From: an uncultured Acidimicrobiia bacterium
GTDB taxonomy: Bacteria; Actinomycetota; Acidimicrobiia; IMCC26256; JAENVU01
Direction: 5' to 3'
Assembly (NCBI GenBank): GCA_963820025.1
Contig: CAWFYL010000007.1
Span: forward strand, 798,693 to 862,692
Length of the DNA: 64,000 nt
In this document: one piece after another, positions 9,782-18,123 of the stretch
Layout: each line of letters begins with the position of its first letter
Numbering within the stretch: position 1 is the stretch's first letter
Translations under genes and position numbers: made by a program
Notes under the pieces: generated by a model
Told to the model about the DNA's origin: nothing
Database searches by the model: none
The model's input: the letters and a program-made list of their open reading frames with translations, nothing else

Positions 9782-11821
9782 CCGGCTCGTCGACTCCGGG
9801 TCCGGCTCCGTCGGACGCGGCGGTCACGTCGGCGAGGAACGCGTGGACGACCGCGGGGTCCACGACCCTGCGCATCGGCGGGAGCGCGTCGAGCAGCGTG
9901 TCGCGGTAGCCCGCGGTGGCGAGCCGGCGGTCGAGGACCGCGACGACGCCCCGGTCGTGCCGGCTGCGGATCAGCCGGCCCGCGCCCTGCGCGAGCACGA
10001 GCGCCGCGGCCGGGAGGTCGACGTCGCGGAACCCCGAGCCGCCGGAGCGCTCCGCCGCCTCCCGCCGGGCCTGCGCGAGCGGGTCGTCGGGGCGATTGAA
10101 CGGGAGGCGGTCGATCACGACGAGCACGCAGCTCGGGCCGGGGACGTCGACCCCCATCCAGAAGCTGCGGGTCGCGACGAGGCAGGAGCGCTCGTCGGCG
10201 CCGAACTGCTGGAGGAGGGCCGAGCGCGAGCCCTCGCCCTGCACGAGGATCGGATGGTCGGCCTCGGCTCGCAGCACGAGGCTCAGCGCGGGTGACCGCG
10301 GCGCGTGAGGTGCACAGCACGAGGCCGCGACCGCCGGCCGCGGCCACCAGCTCACGCACCTCCCGGGCCGCCGCGTCCGCCCAGGCCGGGTCCCGGGGCT
10401 CGGGCAGGTGCTCGCGCGACGTAGAGCATCGCCTGCTCGCGGAAGTCGAACGGCGACTCGACCTCGAGGTCGTCGTAGCCGAAGCCCGGCCCGAACTCGT
10501 CGTCGGCGTCGCCGGCCGGGGCGTCGGGCCCGTCCGGGATCCGCACCGGCCCGAGCTCCGCGGTCGGGTCCAGCCCGACCCGCTGGGCGAACGGCGCGAA
10601 CCGGGGCCCTCCGCCGAGCGTCGCCGAGACGAGGACGACCGGGAGCCGGCGGAACAGGCGGTCGGCGAGCGCCTCGGCGACGCTGATCGGCGCGAGGTGC
10701 AGCACCGGTCCCTCGCGCCACGCCACCTCGTCGGCACGCGGGGCCTGCAGCCGGCGCAGCGCGTCGAGCCGCGAGGCGCCGAGCTGCGCGACCTGCGCGG
10801 CGCGCGGTGGCGTCCTCGGACGCGTCGATGGCCGCGTTCGCGGTCGCCAGGCGTTCTGCGGCGGAGCCGAGTGCAGCGGCGAGCGCACCGTCGGTCGGGT
10901 CGACGCGGCCGTCGAGCGCGTCGATCGCGCGCTCCAGCGCGTCGGCGGCCGCGGCGACGAGGTCCGTGTCGCCGCGGCCGACGCCGACGCTGCTCAGCCG
11001 CGACGCGAGCTGGCGGAGGCCGATGGCGCTGACGTCGAGCCCGAACGCGCCGGTGGCGACGTCCGGCAAGCGCGTGCGCCTCGTCGAACACGACGACGTC
11101 GTGCTCGGGCAGGACGTTGCCCGACGGACGCGAGGTGCGCGCAGTAGAGCGCGTGGTTGACGACGAGGACGTCGGCGGTCGTCGCCCGCTCGCGGGCCTT
11201 CTCGGCGAAGCAGGTCTCGCCGTCGCTGCACTTGCCCGCGCCGGGGCACTCGCGTGGCGCGCAGCTCGCGGCCCGACGCGACGCCGTCGGCGATGTCCAC
11301 GTCGGCGAGGTCGCCGGTGGCCGACGTCGGCGACGAACTCCTCGAGGCGTTCGAGGTCGCGGGCCAGGGTGGGGCCGGGGCGTTCGTCGAGCAGCGGCGG
11401 CACCGTCGAGCGCGACCCGGAGCTTCGCCCGGCACACGTACTGCGACCGGCCCTTCAGCAGCGCGGCGCGAGAACGGCACGCCGCCGTGCTCGCGCAGGT
11501 GGGGGAGGTCCTTGTGCCAGAGCTGGTCCTGGAGCGTGAGCGTCGCGGTCGAGACCACGACCTTCAGGCCGGAGGCGACCGCGGGGACGAGGTACGCGAG
11601 GCCCTTGCCCGAGCCGGTCGGCGCCTCGGCGACGAGGTGGTGGCCGGCGGCGATGCGCGGCCGCGACCGCGGCGGCGAGCCGGCAGCTGGCCCGGCCGGT
11701 CGTCGCCACCGAGCGCGGTCACCGCGGCCGCGAGGACCGACGGCGCGTCCGGAACCCCGGTTCTTGGGGCTGGATGTGGCTCGTGGGGCTGCTGTGTGCC
11801 TCTGTCATCCGCGTCGCTCAC
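9711..11821 (-). pseudogene. dinG: ATP-dependent DinG/XPD-family helicase; conserved blocks spread over all three frames (11 frame changes)
   Basis: The blocks follow each other in successive frames: RPGQ, then IAAGHHLVAEAPTGSGKGLAYLVPA, VVVSTATLTLQDQLW, AALLKGRSQYVCRAKL, CPGAGKCSDGETCFAEKARERATTADVLVVNHAL, VVVFDEAHAL, VLVSATLGGG and ILVQGEGSRSALLQQF...SFWMGVDVPG. Length is 3n+2. Start (GTG 11821) and end are uncertain. Confidence 0.8.
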
Positions 11822-12007
11822 TCGCCCGGCGAGGCTAGGTGGCCGGTCGGGACCGCGGGCGCGGACGCCGCCGGGACACCCAAATTCCGTCAATTCGGAG
11901 GTATTGCCGAGCCGATCGCGCAAAAACCCCAGGAAAATCCGCCGTTTCGGAGTCCTGTCGTGCAAGGCTGACCCCATCAACCCAGTCCGTTCCTCGAAGG
12001 AGTCTCA

Positions 12008-12292
12008 GTGAACCGCAGAGATCTGGTCACGGCGATCGCCGAGCGCACCGAGTCCGACAAGAAGTCCGCCGATGCGTTCCTCGCCGCTTTCACCGAGGTC
12101 GTCACCGAGACGGTGGCGGCGGGCGACCCGGTGGCCATCACCGGCTTCGCCAAGTTCTACCGGCGTGAGACGACGGCCCGCATGGGCCGCAACCCAGCGA
12201 CCGGCGAGCCCATCAAGATCCCGGCCAAGAAGGCGGCCAAGATCACGCCGCTGAAGGGCTTCAAGGACGCGGTGCTCGGCGGCAAGAAGTAG
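12008..12292 (+). CDS. hup: HU family nucleoid-associated DNA-binding protein
   Basis: 94 aa, with GFAKFYRRETTARMGRNPATGEPIKIPA (the HU beta-arm signature). GTG start 7 nt after GAAGGAG. Confidence 0.95.
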   Translation: MNRRDLVTAIAERTESDKKSADAFLAAFTEVVTETVAAGDPVAITGFAKFYRRETTARMGRNPATGEPIKIPAKKAAKITPLKGFKDAVLGGKK

Positions 12293-12325
12293 CACCCGGC
12301 GCCCGCGGGCGCCACCGAGCAGCTG

Positions 12326-12357
12326 GATGAGGGGAGGCCACACGGCCTCCCCTCATC
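12326..12357 (+). terminator. stem-loop downstream of hup (14-bp perfect stem, ACAC loop)
   Basis: GATGAGGGGAGGCC-acac-GGCCTCCCCTCATC starts 34 nt after the hup stop. There is no U-tract, as is common in high-GC actinobacteria. Confidence 0.6.
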
Positions 12358-12373
12358 GCGTCAAGATGCCGCC

Positions 12374-13201
12374 ATGGGAATGCTCGACGGGGAGCCGGCG
12401 ATCGTCACCGGCGGGGCGTCCGGCATCGGTCGGGCGACCGCCGTGCGCATGGCCGACGAGGGCGCGGCCGTCGCGATCATCGACGTCGACGAGACCGCGG
12501 CAACGAGCCGTCACCGCCGAGCTCGGGGATCCCGGCGTTCGTCGCCGACGTCAGCGATCCCGAGGCGTGTGCACGCCGGCGATCGACGCCGCGGCCGCCG
12601 CGCTCGGCGGGCTCACGGTGCTGTTCAACAACGCGGGCGTCGGCGCCGCGATGCCGCTGCACACGCTACTCGGACGCCGAGTGGCGCCGGCTCCTCGACG
12701 TGAACCTCGCCGGCACCTTCCACGGGATCCGGGCCGCGGTGCCGCTGATGCGCGAGCGCGGCGGCAGCGATCGTGAACCACGCGTCGGTGAGCGGGGTGC
12801 GCCCGACCCGGTTCGAGGGTCCGTACTCCGCCGCGAAGGCCGGGGTGATCTCGCTGACGATGGACGCGGCGCTCGAGTACGCGCCGTCCATCCGGGTGAA
12901 CTGCGTGTCGCCCGGGCTGGTCGAGACCAACCTCACCGCGGTGGTGCTCGGCGACCCGGGCCTGCGGGCCGCGGATCGAGGCAGGCGACGCCGCTCGGCC
13001 GCATCGGCACGCCCGAGGACGTCGCCGAACCTCGTGGTGTTCCTCGCGTCGCCGCTCGCGTCCTACATCACCGGTCAGAACATCGTCATCGACGGCGGGT
13101 CGTGCCTGCCCAACCCGCAGGCGGACGCGATCCTCCAGTGCGTACGTCGAGCGCCGCTGAGCACCGGCGGCGCTCAGGCCGGGCGGTCCGAGCGCTCGTA
13201 G
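12374..13201 (+). pseudogene. short-chain dehydrogenase/reductase (SDR); about 7 frame changes
   Basis: SDR blocks occur in alternating frames: [66 protein letters not shown]...YSAAKAG, TPLGRIGTPEDVA and ASYITGQNIVIDGG. The 3' end is uncertain. Confidence 0.75.
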
Positions 13202-13861
13202 CGCCAGCCGGTGTCGACCATCCAGAGCCGGTGGCGCGCGCCCGGCACGGGTCGCGTCGCCGTCCTCGTACCCGGCGTCGCCGTGCCAGAGCACCACGAC
13301 GCCCTCGTCGGTGAACGCGGCCTTCGTCGTGAAGTGCTCGGGCTCGGTCGCGCGTGCCGCCGTCGATCGCCTCGTCGACGGTCGCGTGCGCGGCCAGCGT
13401 GTGCAGCGTCACCCACGTCGGCGGTGCGAGCTCGATCTCGAGCGCGTCGCGGCGGCGCAGCGCCTCGGCGGGCGAGACCCACATGTGGTCGCGGATCTCG
13501 CCGTCGTCGATCGTGACCTGGCCGGTCGGGGCGCGGGCGACGAAGAACTGGGTCGAGAAGCGCTTCGGGGCCTCGGGCGGCGGGGTCCAGTGCGCGAACG
13601 GGACGAGCGCGGTCGCCGTCGACGGCGAGCCCGGCCTCCTCGGCGGCCTCGCGCACCGCGGCGTTGCGTCCCGCGGTCGCCACCTCGGTCGCGTCGGGGT
13701 GTCGTGCCGGCCGGGAAGTCGCCCGGGTCCACCCGCCCGCCCGGGAACACCCACATCCCGCCCGCGAACGCGAGCCGGGAGTCGCGCCGCAGCATCAGCG
13801 TCTCGAGCCCGTCGGCGGTGTCGCGGAGCAGCACCACGGTGGCGGCGGCGACGATCGGCAC
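13174..13861 (-). pseudogene. NUDIX hydrolase; 4 frame changes
   Basis: Four consecutive frames are needed: MPIVAAATVVLLRD...GGMWVFPGGRVDPGD, then the Nudix box remnant AAVREAAEEAGL, then PFAHWTPPPEAPKRFSTQFFVA...IRDHMWVSPAEAL, then VVVLWHGDAGYEDGD...RHRLWMVDTGWRYE. Confidence 0.7.
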
Positions 13862-14027
13862 CGGCTCCGCACCCTCGGCTCGACTGGGCCCAGCGGGCGA
13901 ATCGCGCCTGCTCGGTGTCGCGGCTCGTCGTCCACCGCGCCGACGCTACCGGCGCCCCGGACCATCGCACGATTCTCATCGTTCCCCGCACCGAACCGCG
14001 CCGGGGACCCGGCGTAGGGTCGCGCCG

Positions 14028-14962
14028 ATGACCGGAGACACCGTGGTCGCGGTGCGCGGCCTCACGAAGCGCTACGGGCGGGTGCAGGCCGTCGCGGGCC
14101 TCGACTTCGAGGTGCACCAGGGCCAGGTGTGCGGGCTGCTCGGCCCGAACGGTGCGGGCAAGACGACCGCGCTGCGCATGCTCGTCGGGCTGATCCGGCC
14201 GACCGCGGGCGAGGCCCGGCTCTTCGACCGGGTGGTGCGGCCCGGGCGCGCCGGAGCTGGCCCGGGTCGGCACCATGATCGAGCACGCGGCGTTCGTCCC
14301 GCACCTCTCGGGCATGCGGAACCTCCGGCTCTGGTGGGAGGCCGGCGGCGCGCCGTGGGCGGACGCGGATCTCGAGGGTGCGCTCGCGGTCGCCGGGCTC
14401 GGCGCGGCGATCGAGCGGCGGGTCAAGACGTACTCGCAGGGCATGCGCCAGCGGCTCGGGCTCGCGCGGGTGCTGCTCGGCCGGCCCGAGCTGCTGCTGC
14501 TCGACGAGCCCACCAACGGCCTCGACCCCCAGGAGATGCGGGCGGTGCGGGAGCTGCTGCGCCGCCTCTCGGACCAGGGCGCCACCGTCCTGCTCTCGAG
14601 CCACCTCCTCGCGGAGATCGAGCAGGTCTGCAGCCACGTGGTCGTGATGGACAAGGGCCAGCTCGTCACGGCCGGCACGGTGAGCGAGCTGCTCGCGGTC
14701 AGCACGTCCGCGTACTTCGAGGTCGACGACGTCGAGGCCGCTCGCCGCGTGCTCGCCGCCGCGCCGGGCGTGCTGCGGGTCACCGACGAGACCCGCGGCC
14801 TGACCGTCGAGCTGGACGGCGACGACGCGCGCCGCGCTGGTCGCGGCGCTGGTGAACGCGGGGGTCGCGGTCGAGACGGTGACCGCGCGCCACCAGCTCG
14901 AGGACGCGTTCCTCGGCCTGGTCGGCCGCCACACCGAACGCCACATCGGGAAGGGCGCCTGA
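14028..14962 (+). pseudogene. ABC transporter ATP-binding protein (ABC-2/DrrA-like); 2 frame changes
   Basis: Walker A GPNGAGKTT (frame of 13311..), then signature/Walker B YSQGMRQRLGLARVLLGRPELLLLDEPTNGLD (frame of 14275..), then C-terminal ALVAALVNAGVAVETVTARHQLEDAFL in the third frame. TGA at 14960-14962 overlaps the next ATG. Confidence 0.8.
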
Positions 14963-15780
14963 TGCTGCGGCTCATCCGCACCGAGCTGACCAAGCAGGTG
15001 CTGCGGCCACGGACGTGGGTCGCGCTCGGCTTCCTCGTGATCGTGCCCGTCATCATCGCGGTCGCCCTGAAGCTGAACCCGCCGGACCTCTCGGGCGACG
15101 GGCAGGGTCCGCGGTACTTCTACCTGGCCACCCAGAGCGGGCTCTTCCTGCCCGTGGCCGCGCTCCGGGTCATGAGCGGCTTCTTCCTGGTCGTCGTGAT
15201 CTGCATGTTCGCCGGCGACGCGGTCGCGAGCGAGGCGGGCTGGGGCAACCTGCGCTACCTGCTGATGCGGCCCGTCGGCCGGGGACGGCTGCTCACCGCC
15301 AAGCTCTTCGTCGCCGCAGTGTTCGCCGTCCTCGCGACGGCCCTCGTCGCGCTCTCCGGGCTGGTCGCCGGGGTCATCGCGTTCGGCTGGCACTCGATCA
15401 CGATCCCGTTCATCGGGCTGTCGCAGTCGCCGAGCGAGATCCTCGGCCACCTCGGCCTGGCCACGCTCCTCATCACCTGGGGGCTCGCCGGGATCATCGC
15501 CTTCGCGTTCATGCTCTCGACGATGACGGACTCCGCCGCGGGCGCGATCTTCGGCGCGGTCGGGCTCTACATCGTCTCGTTGATCCTCAACGAGATCACC
15601 TCGCTCGGCTCGATCCGCTACGGACTGCCGGTCCACTACTACGACTCGTGGTGCGACCTGTTCGTCCGCAACACCTTCACCGACGACATGTGGCGCAGCG
15701 TGCTGTTGCAGATCCCGTACGTCATCGTGTTCTGCGCCATCGCGTGGTGGTGGTTCCACCGCAAAGACATCAAGTCGTAG
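14962..15780 (+). CDS. ABC-2 type transporter permease
   Basis: In-frame ATG at 14962 inside ORF 14275..15780. Six hydrophobic segments. Translationally coupled to the ATPase through an ATGA overlap. Confidence 0.8.
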   Translation: MLRLIRTELTKQVLRPRTWVALGFLVIVPVIIAVALKLNPPDLSGDGQGPRYFYLATQSGLFLPVAALRVMSGFFLVVVICMFAGDAVASEAGWGNLRYLLMRPVGRGRLLTAKLFVAAVFAVLATALVALSGLVAGVIAFGWHSITIPFIGLSQSPSEILGHLGLATLLITWGLAGIIAFAFMLSTMTDSAAGAIFGAVGLYIVSLILNEITSLGSIRYGLPVHYYDSWCDLFVRNTFTDDMWRSVLLQIPYVIVFCAIAWWWFHRKDIKS

Positions 15781-15784
15781 TTGC

Positions 15785-16075
15785 TCTGAGCGACCCTGGC
15801 GGGTTGTTGCGGCGGGCGGGAAGCATCGGCACGAACCTGCCCTGCGCCACGCGCGGTTGCGGTCGCTCAGGTGACTCGGGTGGTGCCCGAGCCCCGAGGG
15901 TCAGTCGGGTGGCGGGAAGCATCGGCACGAACCTGCCCTGCGCCACGCGTGGTTGCGGTCGCTCAGGTGACTCGGGTGGTGCCCGAGCCCCGAGGGTCAG
16001 TCGGGTGGCGGGAAGCATCGGCACGAACCTGCCCTGCGCCACGCGCGGTTGCGGTCGCTCAGGTGACTCGGGATC
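15785..16075 (+). repeat. repeat family A, locus 1: tandem 96-bp unit x about 2.7 copies
   Basis: Units start at 15816, 15912 and 16008 (GCGGGAAGCATCGGCACGAACCTGCCCTGCGCCACGCGCGGTTGCGGTCGCTCAGGTGACTCGGGTGGTGCCCGAG...). The copies differ by one substitution. CTGAGCGACC at 15787-15796 is the inverse of GGTCGCTCAG within the unit. Confidence 0.9.
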
Positions 16076-16536
16076 GGACCCGGCCTGCGCTCAACTCTGG
16101 GGCGGGCGGCGAGGTAGGCCTTGACCATGGTGGCGAACTCGCCGACGTTGTAGATGTCCTCTTCGTAGGACCACTGGTCGTCGCCCGCGTACTTCAGCAG
16201 CGACCAGTTGATCGCCTGGTGCTGCCGGCCGTCGCCGATGTCCTGCATACGGTTCCAGACCGCGCACACGACCCAGCCGCGATCCTCGTCGATCACCCAC
16301 CAGTCGGCCGGGAACTCCGTCATCTCGTGGTTCGGGTACTCGGCCATCGTCGTGCTGATCCACCGCCGGATCGCCTCGCGGCCGCGGAACGTCCCGTAGA
16401 GGTGCTCGACGTACTCGGCGTCCTCGGTGAAGAGGTCGGCCCACGCGTCCCACTGGCCGGACGCGCCGGCTTCGGCCGCGGTGGCCCGGTAGTGCGCGTA
16501 CGCCCGCTCGATCTCGTCCCGCGTGAATTTCCCCAT
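15997..16536 (-). CDS. SnoaL-like / NTF2-fold protein; C-terminal ~25 codons and the stop lie inside repeat A
   Basis: MGKFTRDEIERAYAHYRATAAEAG...WWVIDEDRGWVVCAVWNRM is typical of the SnoaL_2/NTF2 superfamily. ATG at 16536 is preceded by GGGAAGAGG, which is contributed by repeat B. Confidence 0.75.
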   Translation of the reverse strand: MGKFTRDEIERAYAHYRATAAEAGASGQWDAWADLFTEDAEYVEHLYGTFRGREAIRRWISTTMAEYPNHEMTEFPADWWVIDEDRGWVVCAVWNRMQDIGDGRQHQAINWSLLKYAGDDQWSYEEDIYNVGEFATMVKAYLAARPRVERRPGPIPSHLSDRNRAWRRAGSCRCFPPPD

Positions 16537-16547
16537 GAGGACACCTC

Positions 16548-16731
16548 TTCCCAAGATCTCCGGAGGGCGATCACCCGGGCACGGTTCGGCTCGGTGCCCT
16601 CCGGCGGCTTTTTCCCAAGATCTCCGGAGGGCGATCACCCGGGCACGGTTCGGCTCGGTGCCCTCCGGCGGCTTTTTCCCAAGATCTCCGGAGGGCGATC
16701 ACCCGGCACGGTTCGGCACGGCGCCCTCCGG
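16548..16731 (-). repeat. repeat family B, locus 1: 64-bp BIME-like unit x 3
   Basis: TTCCCAAGATCT occurs at 16548, 16612 and 16676. Arms CCGGAGGGC and GCCCTCCGG alternate (16560, 16596, 16624, 16660, 16688, 16723). Confidence 0.9.
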
Positions 16732-16754
16732 TGGCTCGAACGTGTACGTGAACC

Positions 16755-17589
16755 CTAGCGACGGAACGCGGCGCGGCCGTCGAGCGTACGGACCTCGCGG
16801 CCGAGCTCCTCGAGCACCTCGGCGCTCGTGGCGCGCCGCCCGGTCATGCGGGCCGGATCCACGCTGCACAACGCGAGGGCGGCCTCGGCCATCTGCTCGA
16901 TCGGCTCGACGTGGCCCGGCTCGTCGGGCATGAGCCCCATCGCGATCACCCCCGGGGTCGCGACCGCCGCACACCGGTGCGACCGCGTTGACCGCGACGC
17001 CGCCCGCGAACACCTCGGCCGCGAGCCCCGTCGTCAGTCGCTCGAGCGCGGCCTTGCTCGTGCCGTAGAGCGTGGCGCCGTTGTCCGCGTGAAAGGGGGT
17101 GAACGGCGGGCCCTCGGGATGGGCCGACACGCCGGAGGAGATGTTGACGATCGCGCCGCGCCCGCGTTGCAGCATGCCGGGGAGGACGGCCCGGCTCAGG
17201 TCCCAGGGCGCATGGACGTTCACCTCGAACATCACCGCGTACCGGCGAGGGCTCACCCGATCCCAGGGCAGGTAGAAGCACGCGGCCGCGTTGTTCACCA
17301 GGACGTCGACGGCGCCGAGCGCGCCGCGTGCGTCCTCGATGATCGCGGCCCGGTCCACTGCGGGGTCCGACAGGTCGGCGACGACGATGTGGGCCCGGCC
17401 GCCGTCGGCCTCGATCCGGTCCGCGGTCTCCCGGAGCGACCCCGGGTTCGCGTCGGCGTCGGGCTCGGCGGTCCGGCCGACGAGCGCGACCGCGGCACCC
17501 GCGGCGGCGAGGCGCCGGGCGATGGCCGCGCCGATCCCACGGCTCGCCCCGGTGACGACCGCGGTGCGCCCGTCCAGCTCCTCGGTCAT
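16755..17589 (-). pseudogene. SDR family oxidoreductase; single frameshift near 16950-16975
   Basis: MTEELDGRTAVVTGASRGIGAAIA...NNAA...YGTSKAAL lies in ORF 16699..18168. The C-terminal IAMGLMPDEPGHVEPIEQMAEAALALC lies in ORF 16755..16949. Length is 3n+1. Confidence 0.8.
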
Positions 17590-17667
17590 GGCGGGCAGGT
17601 TGGCACACCGAGCCGGAGCCGTTTGGCTCGCTCCGAGCGGGACGGATCTGGCACGCTCGTTGGCGTC

Positions 17668-18120
17668 ATGGCCGCCCCGATCTCCCTCCGTCTCCTCCCC
17701 GATCCCGACCAGCACGACCTGCTGGTCGCGACCCTGGAGCGGGTCAACAAGGCCTCCAACCTCGCACGCACGCGCGCGCTCGAGGAGCGGGTGTCGGCCC
17801 GGGGATCCCTGCGCACGGTGGTGAAGGAGGAGCTCGACCGGTTCAAGCTGCCGGCCGCGTTCGTCGCCCCGACCGTGGACCGGGTCTCGTCGTCGCTCAC
17901 CCGCCAGAAGTTCGGCGCGTACCAGTCGCTCGTCCTGCCGCCGGCCGCGGTCAAGTGGCCGGCCGCGGACCGGGTCACCCTCCCGACGTCGGCGGGCAAG
18001 CGGACCGTACGGGTCTACGTGGATCCCGCCCGCGGCGGCCTCCGTCCCGCGCTCGAGGGCCGGCCCGCCGCACTGGTGTACCGCAACGGCGAGTTCGAGC
18101 TGGTCGAGGCCGGCGACTGA
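17668..18120 (+). CDS. 150-aa protein resembling only the N-terminal (WED/REC) part of IS200/IS605-family TnpB; no RuvC or zinc-finger part
   Basis: In-frame ATG at 17668 within ORF 16828..18120. The N-terminus ISLRLLPDPDQHDLLVATLERVNKASNLA fits the TnpB/OrfB pattern (R-L-x-P-x3-Q-x3-L-x7-R/V-x-N). The C-terminus DRVTLPTSAGKRTVRVYVDP...RPAALVYRNGEFELVEA fits the WED beta-strands. This is pattern-level recognition only. Confidence 0.5.
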   Translation: MAAPISLRLLPDPDQHDLLVATLERVNKASNLARTRALEERVSARGSLRTVVKEELDRFKLPAAFVAPTVDRVSSSLTRQKFGAYQSLVLPPAAVKWPAADRVTLPTSAGKRTVRVYVDPARGGLRPALEGRPAALVYRNGEFELVEAGD

Positions 18121-18123
18121 CGC

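Noticed and set aside
9324-14962. Programmed ribosomal frameshifting or recoding as the explanation for the split genes
   Set aside because: Up to 11 shifts occur in a single gene, I saw no slippery heptamers or stimulatory structures at the junctions, and unrelated gene families are affected.
15816-16070. The tandem arrays here and at 16548-16731, 59282-59461 and 60967-61218 considered as CRISPR arrays
   Set aside because: The whole 61-96 bp unit repeats with no unique spacers, the copies are near-identical end to end, and there are no cas genes in the window.
15015-16124. Repeat-encoded peptide repeats (GSIGTNLPCATRGCGRSGDSGGARAPRVSRVA x3 on the plus strand; a similar 15770..16042 ORF on the minus strand) as a real repeat protein or a Dxr-like GSIGT fragment
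   Set aside because: The homologous array at 60967-61218 has a 91/92-bp period with an indel between copies, so no frame is preserved. The apparent third-position variation across three copies (ACG/ACC, CCC/CCG/CCT) is too little data. Neither ORF has a credible start or RBS.
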